Origin: Balanoglossus misakiensis
Lineage: Eukaryota; Animalia; Hemichordata
DNA: 64,000 bases
Direction of reading: 5' to 3'
Assembly: GCA_040954595.2 (NCBI GenBank)
Contig: CM082597.2
Coordinates: 5,213,244-5,277,243, forward strand
The notes under the pieces were generated by a model. The model saw nothing but the letters and a program-made list of their open reading frames with translations, was not told the DNA's origin and did no database searches. This document shows, in pieces, positions 38,856 to 49,792 of the stretch (position 1 is its first letter; each line of letters opens with the position of its first letter). Both the position numbers and the translations under genes were made by a program.

Positions 38856-39653
38856 AGGTTATTACGAAAAAACCGCAAAGTATGCACGAGGACATTAGCG
38901 CTCAGTATCGCCCGACGCGCAGCGGAGGGCGATGCGCTGCGCTAATGTCCGAGTGCATACTTTGCGGTTTTTTCGTAATAACCTTATTATTATACATCTT
39001 ACATCTCCGTTAGTTCTTGTGTTGCATGTTACTTGGCTTTCAAAACACCCAAAATGCCGATACAATCGATCGAAAACCGCTCAGTTGACTCAGTGAGCAG
39101 CCATCTTTCTTTTTTGTTTACGTGTGCGCACGTACGTTGGAGTGGGGGTATCTTGAAACCGTCCGCATAACAGCGCATACCTGTACACGGTGAGTTGGGG
39201 CGCCTTGAAACTGAAGGCTTATTTAACGCGCGTTCCTTACGTACCGTTCCTATGAAAGCCCGTTAGGGACATTTCGTAAAGCAAAAAAAAAATGTTTATC
39301 TTGTGAGCACGAGATACTAAGTCGTGAGCACGAGATACTAAGTCGTGAGCACGTGATACGAGATAAAAGATCGAAACATATGTATTCATGTCAGCGTTCC
39401 GGGCAATGTGTTTCACTCCACCGTCAATGTTTAAGAATAGCAAAATATAATAGACTTCCAGTGCTATATAATAACTGCTAACTGCATCATAGTACCCCTT
39501 CCGATCATAAGACCCCCAAACGTTTTTTGCTTGATTTGTAATGTGTAATACATTCCTGTATCCTGAAATGTCCCTAACGGGCTTTCATACGTTCCGTACG
39601 GCTTTTTATTGCACGCCAAAATCTATTGTTCACGGCACTAGATGTATAATAAT
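38856..39653. mobile_element. Element with a terminal ~130 bp hairpin and 14 bp subterminal inverted repeats
   Basis: Hairpin at 38856-38984; ATTATTATACATCT (38986-38999) is the exact reverse complement of AGATGTATAATAAT (39640-39653). Confidence 0.6.
39251..39589. mobile_element. Nested MITE with TATG...CATA ends and 6 bp TSD (IS3EU-like)
   Basis: 25 bp perfect TIRs TATGAAAGCCCGTTAGGGACATTTC; CGTTCC duplicated at 39245-39250 and 39590-39595; internal 21 bp tandem TCGTGAGCACGAGATACTAAG. Confidence 0.75.
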
Positions 39654-41239
39654 GGTCAGCATTCGATGTAGGCCTAATTACAGTACAGTACAGTGCCGCG
39701 CAAATCACGGTTCTACTTGATTGTTTTTGTAAAAGAATTTTAATATTTTCACTGAAAAAGGAGCAGGTTGCAAAAACTTCAATGCAGTATCATACAATTC
39801 AGCTGATAATACGATATGTCTGGATATATTAACATCACAAATGGTTTCAACTGTCTCAATTATAAACAACTAAAAGCTTAGTAGAAGACAACCTCCACAG
39901 CAGAAGTTAGGTCTGTCGGCAGTAAATCCCGAGTTAGAAATGATGTTTTTGAAAAACTTCCTGGAGAATCTGCAGGTTGATATGTTCGAAAGCAATAATG
40001 TGTAAATTCTACTACAGTCTGTAATCGATTATGTCCTACAAACGTCAACCCGAGGTTTTCCCTTTATGCCTGCGTGCTCTTCTGGAACCCTTTAACAACA
40101 CCTACTTGTATTTCGAAATTTGTTTGTGTGACTAACTGACAACATCAATGTTTGTCTATTTCGGCCGTATCGTGCCAGGGAAGCTATAATAAACTACAGA
40201 ATCTAACTAACTATAAATCTACATCTACTGCCCCCATACCAAATGCATACAAATGTGAAAGGCAAGCAAAAATACAAACAAATCATGAAAGATGACATTG
40301 TAAAAAGTCAAGCAACTATAAGGCAGAGGGATAGGAGGGAGGGTTTTCCTATACTTTAAATTTAGTGTTTTGACATTGATGTTTCATCTTTTTTAACTGA
40401 CATACTCTGTCTGTTTGAATAAACTTTACAAACCCCATATGAATTTCCATCTACATAAAATGGAGAAGTCAACAGTTATATTCATGTCATTGTTATGTCA
40501 CCTTAAATATGTAAAAATGTAAAACAATGTAGCAGAACTTTGCCCCTTGAAGCAGCTGTAACTTTGCCGATTCAGCGTATGATGGGATAAGCAGTTTGGC
40601 AGTCTCAGTCAACAGCAAGGCCCTTACGTCTTGTACGTCTGAGCTGCATACCTCGCGTATCACGTCATAAAGGGTTATACCATGTTCAGTTGTGACATAA
40701 GAGGCCAGCTACACCATGCACCATGCCACGACCGATGACGAAATACATTTATCACATAAACACAAAGTGAGTAATACTACAACATCAGCTGGGTATTCCG
40801 AACTCGAATACTTTGAATAAAACCTAACACTGGCTAATCTGATTTCTGTCATTGTTCAAATTATCTCGACACATAAAAACTCAACGCTACACACCCCCGC
40901 CAGTAAATGGTAGGCATTCTTGACAGTTTGACGGATATTGACGGACACCGGAAGTAGCTGAATTTCCAATACCAAAGACTCCTCGTGTACACGTCGGAGC
41001 CAAAAATGGGCTGATAACATCCATTTTTGGTTTAAAAATTCATGAGAATTGTTAAACAATTCGTCAAACTGCTGTCAAACTTGCACAACATTTAAGAACG
41101 TGCATCTTAAGATGTTCAAGACATCATTTTGTTTTAGTTTTAGTAAACATAAGTAAACAATAAACAAACCTTAATAATTGTTCATATGTAAATAAAAGAA
41201 ATATTGTACTCTTGACCTTTTCTGAAATGAGTCACTGGA

Positions 41240-41585
41240 TCAAAAACAAAGGAGATTGTGATCAATAAGGGCCAGCAAAGCCATTTTAGACATATGAGCA
41301 GGTAATGAATTGTAGGTACAGATAGGGTGATAAACACCCCATGGACCAAACAGTGAATGCAAACGCAATAGCTGACCTGGCTCATACAGTCTAGAAATAG
41401 CATATGTAATATTGTTCAATTTGCCAGGAACATACACTGCTTGCACAGAGAATTTGAAAACTGTGGATAACAAAAACAGTGAACGCAGGTTATCCATAAT
41501 TACAGCATGTTTTGACATTTCTTTCTTTATTATATGCATGGCTGTAATATTGTCTGTATGAAGTATCACCTTGTGATTAGCCCGT
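41240..41585 (-). mobile_element. DIRS/Ngaro retrotransposon RNase H fragment
   Basis: HKVILHTDNITAMHII...IMDNLRSLF...VQAVYVPGKLNNITYAISRL matches the C-terminal half of DIRS-type RNase H. Confidence 0.75.
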
Positions 41586-42334
41586 AGACTAGCCCACTAG
41601 TCGCTTGGCGATTTTAAATCTCATTACTTTTTGTGTTTTCGGTGTTTTTTTGTCTTAATAAATAATGTCAATACTTTTTGCGTGCATGCTTGCCTTGAGC
41701 GTGTTTTTGGTAGTGAGGTGAGTTTCGAATTTGGGACTGAGCTTGTGGTTTCGGGTAGCGTCGACCATGGGCCTACGCGTTCCCTACACATAATGAAGCC
41801 CATAGACTTGGAGCAAGTCTAATTAGCCCGGTATAGGGCCCACTTGAGAGCAGCTAATAAGAGAACCAAAGTCTCATTGTAATTAATATGCAAAATAACA
41901 GATTTTAGCCACTCTTCAATTTATCGGGTGACAAGGTCAGTGTAAGATTCACACTGTCAATAAGACCAAAATCAAATATGGCCGCCAGGTCACGTGACTA
42001 ATTAAAAATTCAAGGGTTCAATGCACGGCAGTGTCGACGCAACCCGAGACGCCGTTCACTGACAAAGTTGTGCAGATTTTGTTATGCAAAGTAGAGTCAT
42101 GGATCATCAGTGGTTTAGCACAGGTCGCGAAAGCACATCAACAAAGGCAATAGCCAGACTTTTTATGTTGCATACTAGCAACTAAGTTTTGTTATTCTGA
42201 TAAGAGTTGGGAATGATAATATAAAAATGCCCATGCCGGCGGTCATAACTTAGCTCTAGCGTCAGTGCTGGGCGTTCAATGTTTACAAACAGAAAGTTGT
42301 CCCACTTATATTTACTCATTTGCATAAAACCCCA

Positions 42335-44806
42335 CACATGTACGTGGTCATTTTATACATATAAATTATACTGACTTGGTTCAAAGTCGTGACTATAAAA
42401 TGAAACATCTTCATTCTCTTTTTCATAGAGAATAAACATGGAAACGAAAACACCACTGAAGCAAGTGAATCTATAAAAACACAGAGATACATCTCGCTAA
42501 TATGTTCAAGGATAAAAAACGCAAGGGTAAGCTTAGACGAATTCAATTTACAATGCAAATACAAACACACATTGTAAGGCTTGTCTTACAAAGTGGGCAC
42601 ACTGTTAAATTTTATTTTTATTTGTGCCCTTTTAGTGTCTGTTTATTATTACATGTACTTTTCAGTGTTGTACTCAAGCCAGTGCCCAATGTTCTAAATC
42701 AATTTTATTGTATAACATTTTTTTTCTGTATCATATTTTTTTATAGAAATTTAAAATGAGAAAAACCAGTAGTGGGAATTATACAAAAGATTATCAACAT
42801 GACAATCTGGTGTGGTTTCTCATATAGGTCAACTGCCTGTGGAGCTACGTGTGAGAGATGGCATACCAGAAAAAGGAAAACGCATGAAAGTAATAGAGAA
42901 AGACTTCTTCAGCAGTGAAATCACCGCACGAAAATCGCATGCCTATATGAACGAACTTCTGTCTACTCATGAAGATATAGATGGATGGACGTCTGACGGT
43001 AAAAGGCGGAAACGTGGTAAGAAACGGAAGATGGTTGTTGAAGCTCTGCAATTTGTGCAGCTTAACGCCTTTGAACCAGGATATTCAATAACATTGCTAA
43101 TGGTTAAATTTTATATATTAACATTGGCCTCCCTAACTTCCTCCATCTTTGACTATTATCGAGCTAATCAACTCAAAAGCAAATTTCATGTGTATCATTG
43201 CTATTTCACAAATGAAATGTGAAAATAGAGCTACAGAATTGATACCAGTCGTAGCTTTACACTATTTAAGGCCACCTCGAAGTAATTCACAAAAGAAATA
43301 GCCATAGACATTGCGGTTGAAATATTTCGTATTGGATTTAATAATTTTAATATTTGGTCGCCCGATTCCTGCTTATCACTGTGTGTTCTCCATGGAGGCA
43401 CAGGATGCAGAAAATATCATTCAGGAGGAAACTGAGCTGAAGAGTATGGAAAAGCCCTATTCCATCACGTCAGAAAGTGCAACAAGCTGTCACTCATTTT
43501 ATCCCTTGTCATTCTTCTTATTCCCACCAGAAAAGTATCACAAGGACGATGACGACAAGGAGCCGGTAGTCTCTGAGTCTGCAGAGACCCCAAGTGGTAG
43601 GAAGGGCGAGAGTGCAAAACCCATAAGGAGGAAAAAACAGAAGAAAAGAAAACGAGGTTAAGAGACATTAGTATTATTAGACAGGCAACATCATATTGAT
43701 ACTGAGCTATTGTTGTGAAAATGAAGGTATCAGTCAGTATGTTCACTAGTAAAAATACAAAACATATGTGGTGGAAACTGTCTCTTAAAACCCGTGCTAT
43801 GATGTACGCGATGTTTAATGATTTATGTATTTGTTTTCAGAGGAAACGCCTACGACTGATAACGAAAATGAACCGGATAAATATGGGAAAACAATTGGCA
43901 GTAAGGGCGAGACTGCAAAACGCAAAAAGGAGAAGAAACGCAAGGAGGCAAAACAAGGTTTGCTACACTTCAAAAAAGTATTTGGCATTTCTTTGTTATA
44001 TAGCCGAGTCATAGCTATTTGGAGTAACTGATCAAGGCTTTGTCACAACTCCAATATTCTTAATGCAACTTTCCAATTGTGTAATGGCGTAATGCCATTA
44101 GTTAGGGAACAAAAGTTTGGAATATGTCCCCAACAATAATTTTACACGCAAGATACACGGAACACATGAAAAGACTTGATTAGGTTCGTGGCCAAGGCCC
44201 GAACTCAAGCGAAAGTAACAATAATACATTTATTCAGTACTATTGCCCCACGGCCATAATGTACACAACAAAAAAGATATTAAAGTTCACAATCTCTTGA
44301 GGGATCGTTTCTCGTACAGTCTTACTAAGGATCCTCATCCAAGAGTTTCTGAACAAAGGCAGGCATTGTAACTACCATTTAATATCGAGGTGGAATTCGT
44401 TAGATAAAAGCAATTTATGCGAAGGGCAGCGTAACTTGTTTAGCTGGGAGAGGATTCGCCCGAGGAAAGTCCTACCTCCTTTGATAACTCGGCATGACCA
44501 TGCTTATTTGCCAGCGAGGGTTTCAGGTTGGCGACGACTAGCTCGTTTTCTCATGGAAAACGTCAAGAGCAAATTGTATAAATATGTAAGCTTCTGGCGG
44601 CGGTAAACTTGCCGAGAAAGTTGCGGTAATTTGCCAAGTATCAATGAATATCCACGCCAAGGAAAACATACCGTTGCAAAGGGCCTTCTACCATCCGGCT
44701 AGCTGTCTAAGTAAGCGGAGAAGAATATTAAGAGCCTATAAGCAGTGTTCAGAAATGCTAACCCAAATTCTTGTATATAATGAATCACATCTCTGTTCAT
44801 AACCAA
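42335..44806 (+). repeat. Segmental duplication copy A (paralogous to 46880-49603)
   Basis: Near-identical exons, introns and DIRS fragment in both copies; homology ends after CTCTGTTCATAACCAA. Confidence 0.9.
44365..44695 (-). mobile_element. DIRS/Ngaro reverse transcriptase fragment with stops and frameshifts (second copy at ~49165-49497)
   Basis: Translation VEGP..VCFLGVDI...ETLAGK*AWSCRVIKGGRTFLGRIL...EFHLDIKW*. Confidence 0.75.
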
Positions 44807-44818
44807 GTGTCCACGCAG

Positions 44819-45688
44819 AGATCTTCCCCGGAGCGTCTTTCTATGTGGTCAACCCATATTCCTTGGATATTCCACCGATTGTCATTAGATGTGAAAAAGA
44901 GAAGTTAAAGCTTTCTGCTCAGTCGCTAGAGGATGAAAGCAAAGATGCTAAAGCCGTATTCTCTGTTGGCTCCTACCTATTTGATGATTATTCCACCCGG
45001 TTTCAGCACAGCAACCTTGCAATTCGACATTACAAATTATTAATATCCCCCGACGATGAACTTTTCAAATACAACGCCCCAAGCTTCATTCCAGAGGGTG
45101 ACAGCTTTACGATTCTGACACTCGTTGACGATTATGATATCGCCAAGTTAGACAGTTCTAGCATCATTGCAGAGGCTATGAACAAGGTGGCTAATTTATT
45201 CTATGAGCATCATAGATATCCTCTGAAATGGAAAATTCTGGGCGTCTCCGAAGGCAATAAACACGAATTAAAGCAACGTCTGAAGCCACTTACCCGACTT
45301 CGCATAATTTATCAGGAGTTTCCATCTGCAAATAGTGACATCATCAGAGAACTACAGTCTGCCCAATTGGTAGTGGTACCCCCGACGTCAGTCAACGATG
45401 TTGCACTCACTGCGATGGCACTTGGAATTCCCACTGTCATTCCCAGAGGCTCACCATCACATCATGTTGTCTTCGTTGATCAAGTGGAAGTCCACATGGA
45501 CGTCAAAGCGGATGCCCCGAGGAAGAGAATTGTCGAGGTGGTGAACAAGTACCAGATATTCCTTCGAATATCACTTGAGATCAGAGAGGAACTTCGCGTC
45601 CAGACGCTCAGAGTGAATGACGAAATGAAACAATTATTTAATGAAGTGATTAATAAGCAATGTCAACACATTCAAGAGTTTAAGTCCG
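44819..45688 (+). CDS. Large exon encoding a GT-B fold, GT4-like glycosyltransferase domain (5' end at a rearrangement junction)
   Basis: About 290 open codons: KDAKAVFSVG...IIAEAMNKVA...KWKILGVSEG...IIRELQSAQLVVVP...VALTAMALGIPTVIP. Ends at a CCG|gtatga donor. Confidence 0.65.
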
Positions 45689-46879
45689 GTATGACGTATA
45701 AAGATCTGCAGTTAATTGTCGTTTCAGAGCCACATTATGTCTGGTATATTGTTCTCTATCCGAATTATTGTGATTCTAATTTTTTCCCCTTTCACTTCAT
45801 TAGACAAGCAACACAAGGATGACGATGACAAAGAGCCAGTAGCTTCTGGGTCTGCAGGAAACCCAAGTGGTGATAAAGATGAGGGCACAAAACGGAGAAA
45901 GAAGAAAAAACTGAAGAAAAGGAAACAAGGTTTGGAAACATTTATTAGTTTTATAATATATGCAGTATCCTATTGATACTGAGCGATTGTTGTGACAATG
46001 ACGACACAATTCTGTATGTTCACTAGAAAACAATCTATGATCATACCGGTATATAATTGATTTCCTTATTTTGAAAGAACTTGTCACTGCGTAAATCGAA
46101 CACCACAAATCATCATCCACTACTGAATGAATGAATCTATTACCATCTGATCTTTGCCCACTGTCTGAATGATTTTCTCCCCTAAAGTAAACCTTATTAG
46201 GAAATGTGATTAAATGCAATTGTAAAAAAAAACTATACTTTTTGCCAAAATTATTTTGAAAGTTAATTCCAGTGCTCTTTCATTTAATTGGGGTAATCTT
46301 GATGTGTTTTTTTTACAATACATTCACCAGGTTTTCAATATTATCACTCTGAATACTGATGCGTAGAAGATAAAATGTATTCCTCTATCTCTGATTTGTC
46401 ACTCAGAGTAATTATTTTTTTCATTCGGAAGTTATTATTTACACTCCAAAATAGATTTTAATACAGCGTTGCGAATTCATGTGATGACTTAATTTTTGCC
46501 TACTTGACCACCACTGGTAAGTTTTGTATTTATAAGAGCTTACAAAAAGCGAATTGCCAAGGGAAGAAAATCCTCTTCCTGCTTTTTCGGACGGTAGACA
46601 ACGAAAACGTATTATTTTGCATGTGAACTTTGAGTTTCTGTTTCATGTAACTTTTTTAGTGTTGTACCTGAGCAAGTGAATCCATATTAGTATACAATAT
46701 TATTTTCTGTGTGATTATTTACTATGAAAGAAGGTGCATTTTCTACTCATATTAAAAAAATCAGTGGAGGCAATTTTACAAACAATTATCATCATGACAA
46801 TTAGGTAAACAAGTTAATTGAATCCACACACCACACACTGCTGGGTAAAAGTAGATTAATAGTTAACATTTAACTCCAC

Positions 46880-49603
46880 ACATGAAATGACCACGTCATT
46901 TTAGACATATAAATTATAATTGGTTCAAAGTCATGACTATAAAATGAAACATCTTCATTGTTTTTTTTTCATAGAGGATAAACATGGAAACGAAAACACC
47001 ACTGAAGCAAGCGAGTCCAAAAACACAGAGATTCGTCTCACTTCTACGTCAAAGGATAAAAAACGCAAAAAGGGTAAGCTTAGACGAATTCAATTTACAA
47101 TGCAAATACAAACAAACATTGTAAGGCTTGTCTTACAAAGTGGGCACACTGTTAATTTTTATTTATATTTGTGCCCTTTTAGTGTCAGTTTATTATTACA
47201 TGTACTTTTCAGTGTTGTACTCAAGCCAGTGTCCAATGTTCTAAATCAATTTTATTGTATAACATTTTTTTTCTGTATCATAATTTTTTATAGAAATTTA
47301 AAATGAGAAAAACCAGTTGTGGGAATTATACAAAAGATTATCACCATGACAATCTAGTGTGGTTTCTCATATAGGTCGACTGTCTGTGGAGTTACGTGTG
47401 AGAGATGACATACCAGAAAAAGGAAAACGCATGAAAGTAAAAGAGAAAGACTTCTTCAGCAGTGCAATTATCAAAGGTTCTGTGGTCTTTGTGATGAATT
47501 GTGGTGGCCTGAAGCGACAGATGCATAATTTTAAACATATTTCATTCGTTCATCTTCTTGTTTGGGATATGACGTTGTGTATAAATGGCTGGTTTTATAT
47601 TCAAACCACTAAGTTTAAACGCTTAGTGTACAGCTATAGAGCCGTTGATATGGCACCAGAAAAAGTGATGATTTTTGACGATTTTCTTTATGATCTACTA
47701 TTTGATGATTTTGTATTCATGCAGCGGAACAGATGGATGAAGATGCTAATGTTGAAAGCGACGGAAATCCTGGAAATCCCACCCCTGGGACGTCTGACGG
47801 TAAAAGGTGGAAACGTGGTAAGAAACGGAAGATGGTTGTTGAAGCTCTGCAATTTGTGCAGCTTAACGCCTTTGAACCAGGATATTCAATAACATTGCTA
47901 ATGGTTAAATTTTATATATTAACATTGGCCTCCCTAACTTCCTCCATCTTTGACTATTATCGAGCTAATCAACTCAAAATCAAATTTCATGTGTATCATT
48001 GCTATTTCACAAATGAAATGCGAAAATGGAGCTACAGAATTGATACCATTCGTAGCTTTACCCTATTTTAGGCCACCTCGAAGTACATCACAAAAGAAAT
48101 TGCCATAGACATTGCGGTTGAAATATTTCGTATTGGATTTAATAATTTTAATATTTGGTCGCCCGATTCCTGCTTATCACTGTGTGTTCTCAATGGAGGC
48201 ACACGATGCAGAAAATATCATCCAGGAGGAAACTGAGCTGAAGAGTATGGAAAAGCCCTATTCCATCACGTGAGAAAGTGCAACAAGCTGTCACTCATTT
48301 TATCCCTTGTCAGTCTTCTTATTCCAAACAGAAAAGCATCACAAGGACGATGACGACAAGGAGCCAGTAGTCTCTGAGTCTGCAGAGACCCCAAGTGGTA
48401 GTAAGGGCGAGAGTGCAAAACCCATAAGGAGGAAAAAACAGAAGAAAAGGAAACGAGGTTAAGAGACATTAGTATTATTAGACAGGCAACATCATATTGA
48501 TACTGAGCTATTGTTGTGAAAATGAAGGTATCAGTCAGTATGTTCACTAGTAAAAATACAAAACATATGTGGTGGAAACTGTCTCTTAAAACCCGTGCTA
48601 TGATGTACGCGATGTTTAATGATTTATGTATTTGTTTTCAGAGCAAACGCCTACGACTGATGACGAAAATGAACCGGATAAATATAGGAAAACAATTGGC
48701 AGTAAGGGCGAGACTGCAAAACGCAAAAAGGAGAAGAAACGCAAGAAGGCAAAACAAGGTTTGCTACACTTCCAAAAATTATTTTGGCATTTCTTTGTTA
48801 TACAGCCGAGTCATAGCTATTTGGAGTAACTGATCAAGGCTTTTTTCCCAACTCCAATACTTCATAATGCAACTTTCCAAATGTGTAATGGCGTTAATGC
48901 CATTAGTTAGGGAAAAAAGTTTGGAATATGTCCCGAACAATAATTTTACACGCAAGATACACGGAACACATGAAAAGACTTGATTAGGTTCGTGGCCAAG
49001 GCCTGAACTCAAGCGAAAGTAATAATAATACATTTATTCAGTACTATTGCCCACCAGCCATAATGTACCCATCAAAAAAGATATCAAAGTTCACAATCTC
49101 TTGAGGAATCGTTTCTCGTACAGTCTTACTCAGGATCCTCATCCAAGAGTTTCTGAACAACGACAGTCATTGTAACCACCATTTAATATCGAGGTGGAAT
49201 TCGTTAGATAAAAGCAATTTATGCGAAGGGCAGCGTAACTTGTTTAGCTGCGAAAGGATTCGCCCGAGGAAAATCCTACCTCCTTTGATAACTCGGCATG
49301 CCCATGCTTATTTGCCAGCGAGGGTTTCAGGTTGGCGACGACTAGCTCGTTTTCTCATGGAAAACGTCAAGAGCAGATTGTATAAATATGTAAGCTTCTG
49401 GCGGCGGTAAACTTGCCGAGAAAGTTGCGGTAATTTGCCAAGTATCAATGAATATCCACGCCAAGGAAAACTTACCGTTGCAAAGGGTCTTCTACCATCC
49501 GGCTAGCTGTCTAAGTAAGCGGAGGAGAATATTAAGAGCCAGTGTTCAGAAATGCTAACCCAAATTCTTGTATAATGAATCACATCTCTGTTCATAACCA
49601 AAT
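46880..49603 (+). repeat. Segmental duplication copy B
   Basis: Colinear with 42335-44806 apart from different internal deletions. Confidence 0.9.
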
Positions 49604-49792
49604 GTATGTATTTTTTTCTACTTACATGTCCTGTATATTCAACAATATGCAATTCGCCATTTAGCCGCCTTGAAGTCAAGCGAATTCGCAGCAGTTGAAG
49701 ATTGCCATTATACACCGTCTTCTGATAAACAATTATCGATCAAAAAATCGTTATCTACGATTAATCAACCACGCCAGCATAAAAAAAGTACT

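Larger units (their letters stand above)
42429..48758 (+). pseudogene. Rearranged multi-exon gene or gene remnant: acidic/basic phase-1 micro-exons, GT4-like glycosyltransferase exon and deleted TRADD-N-like exon
   Basis: Exons 42429-42526 (frameshifted), 42828-43016, 43531-43656, 43841-43957, 44819-45688, 45804-45929, 46975-47073, 47375-(broken), 47725-47817, 48332-48457 and 48642-48758. The intact ones are phase 1-1 with GT-AG. No start exon found, so functional status is uncertain. Confidence 0.55.

Noticed and set aside
39300-39365. 21 bp repeats as a possible CRISPR array
   Set aside because: Contiguous tandem units without unique spacers, inside a MITE, in eukaryotic DNA.
43531-48370. 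HKDDDDK resembles a FLAG tag or enteropeptidase site (three copies)
   Set aside because: It lies within native spliced exons with paralogous divergence and lacks the DYK start. Coincidental low-complexity match, not vector contamination.
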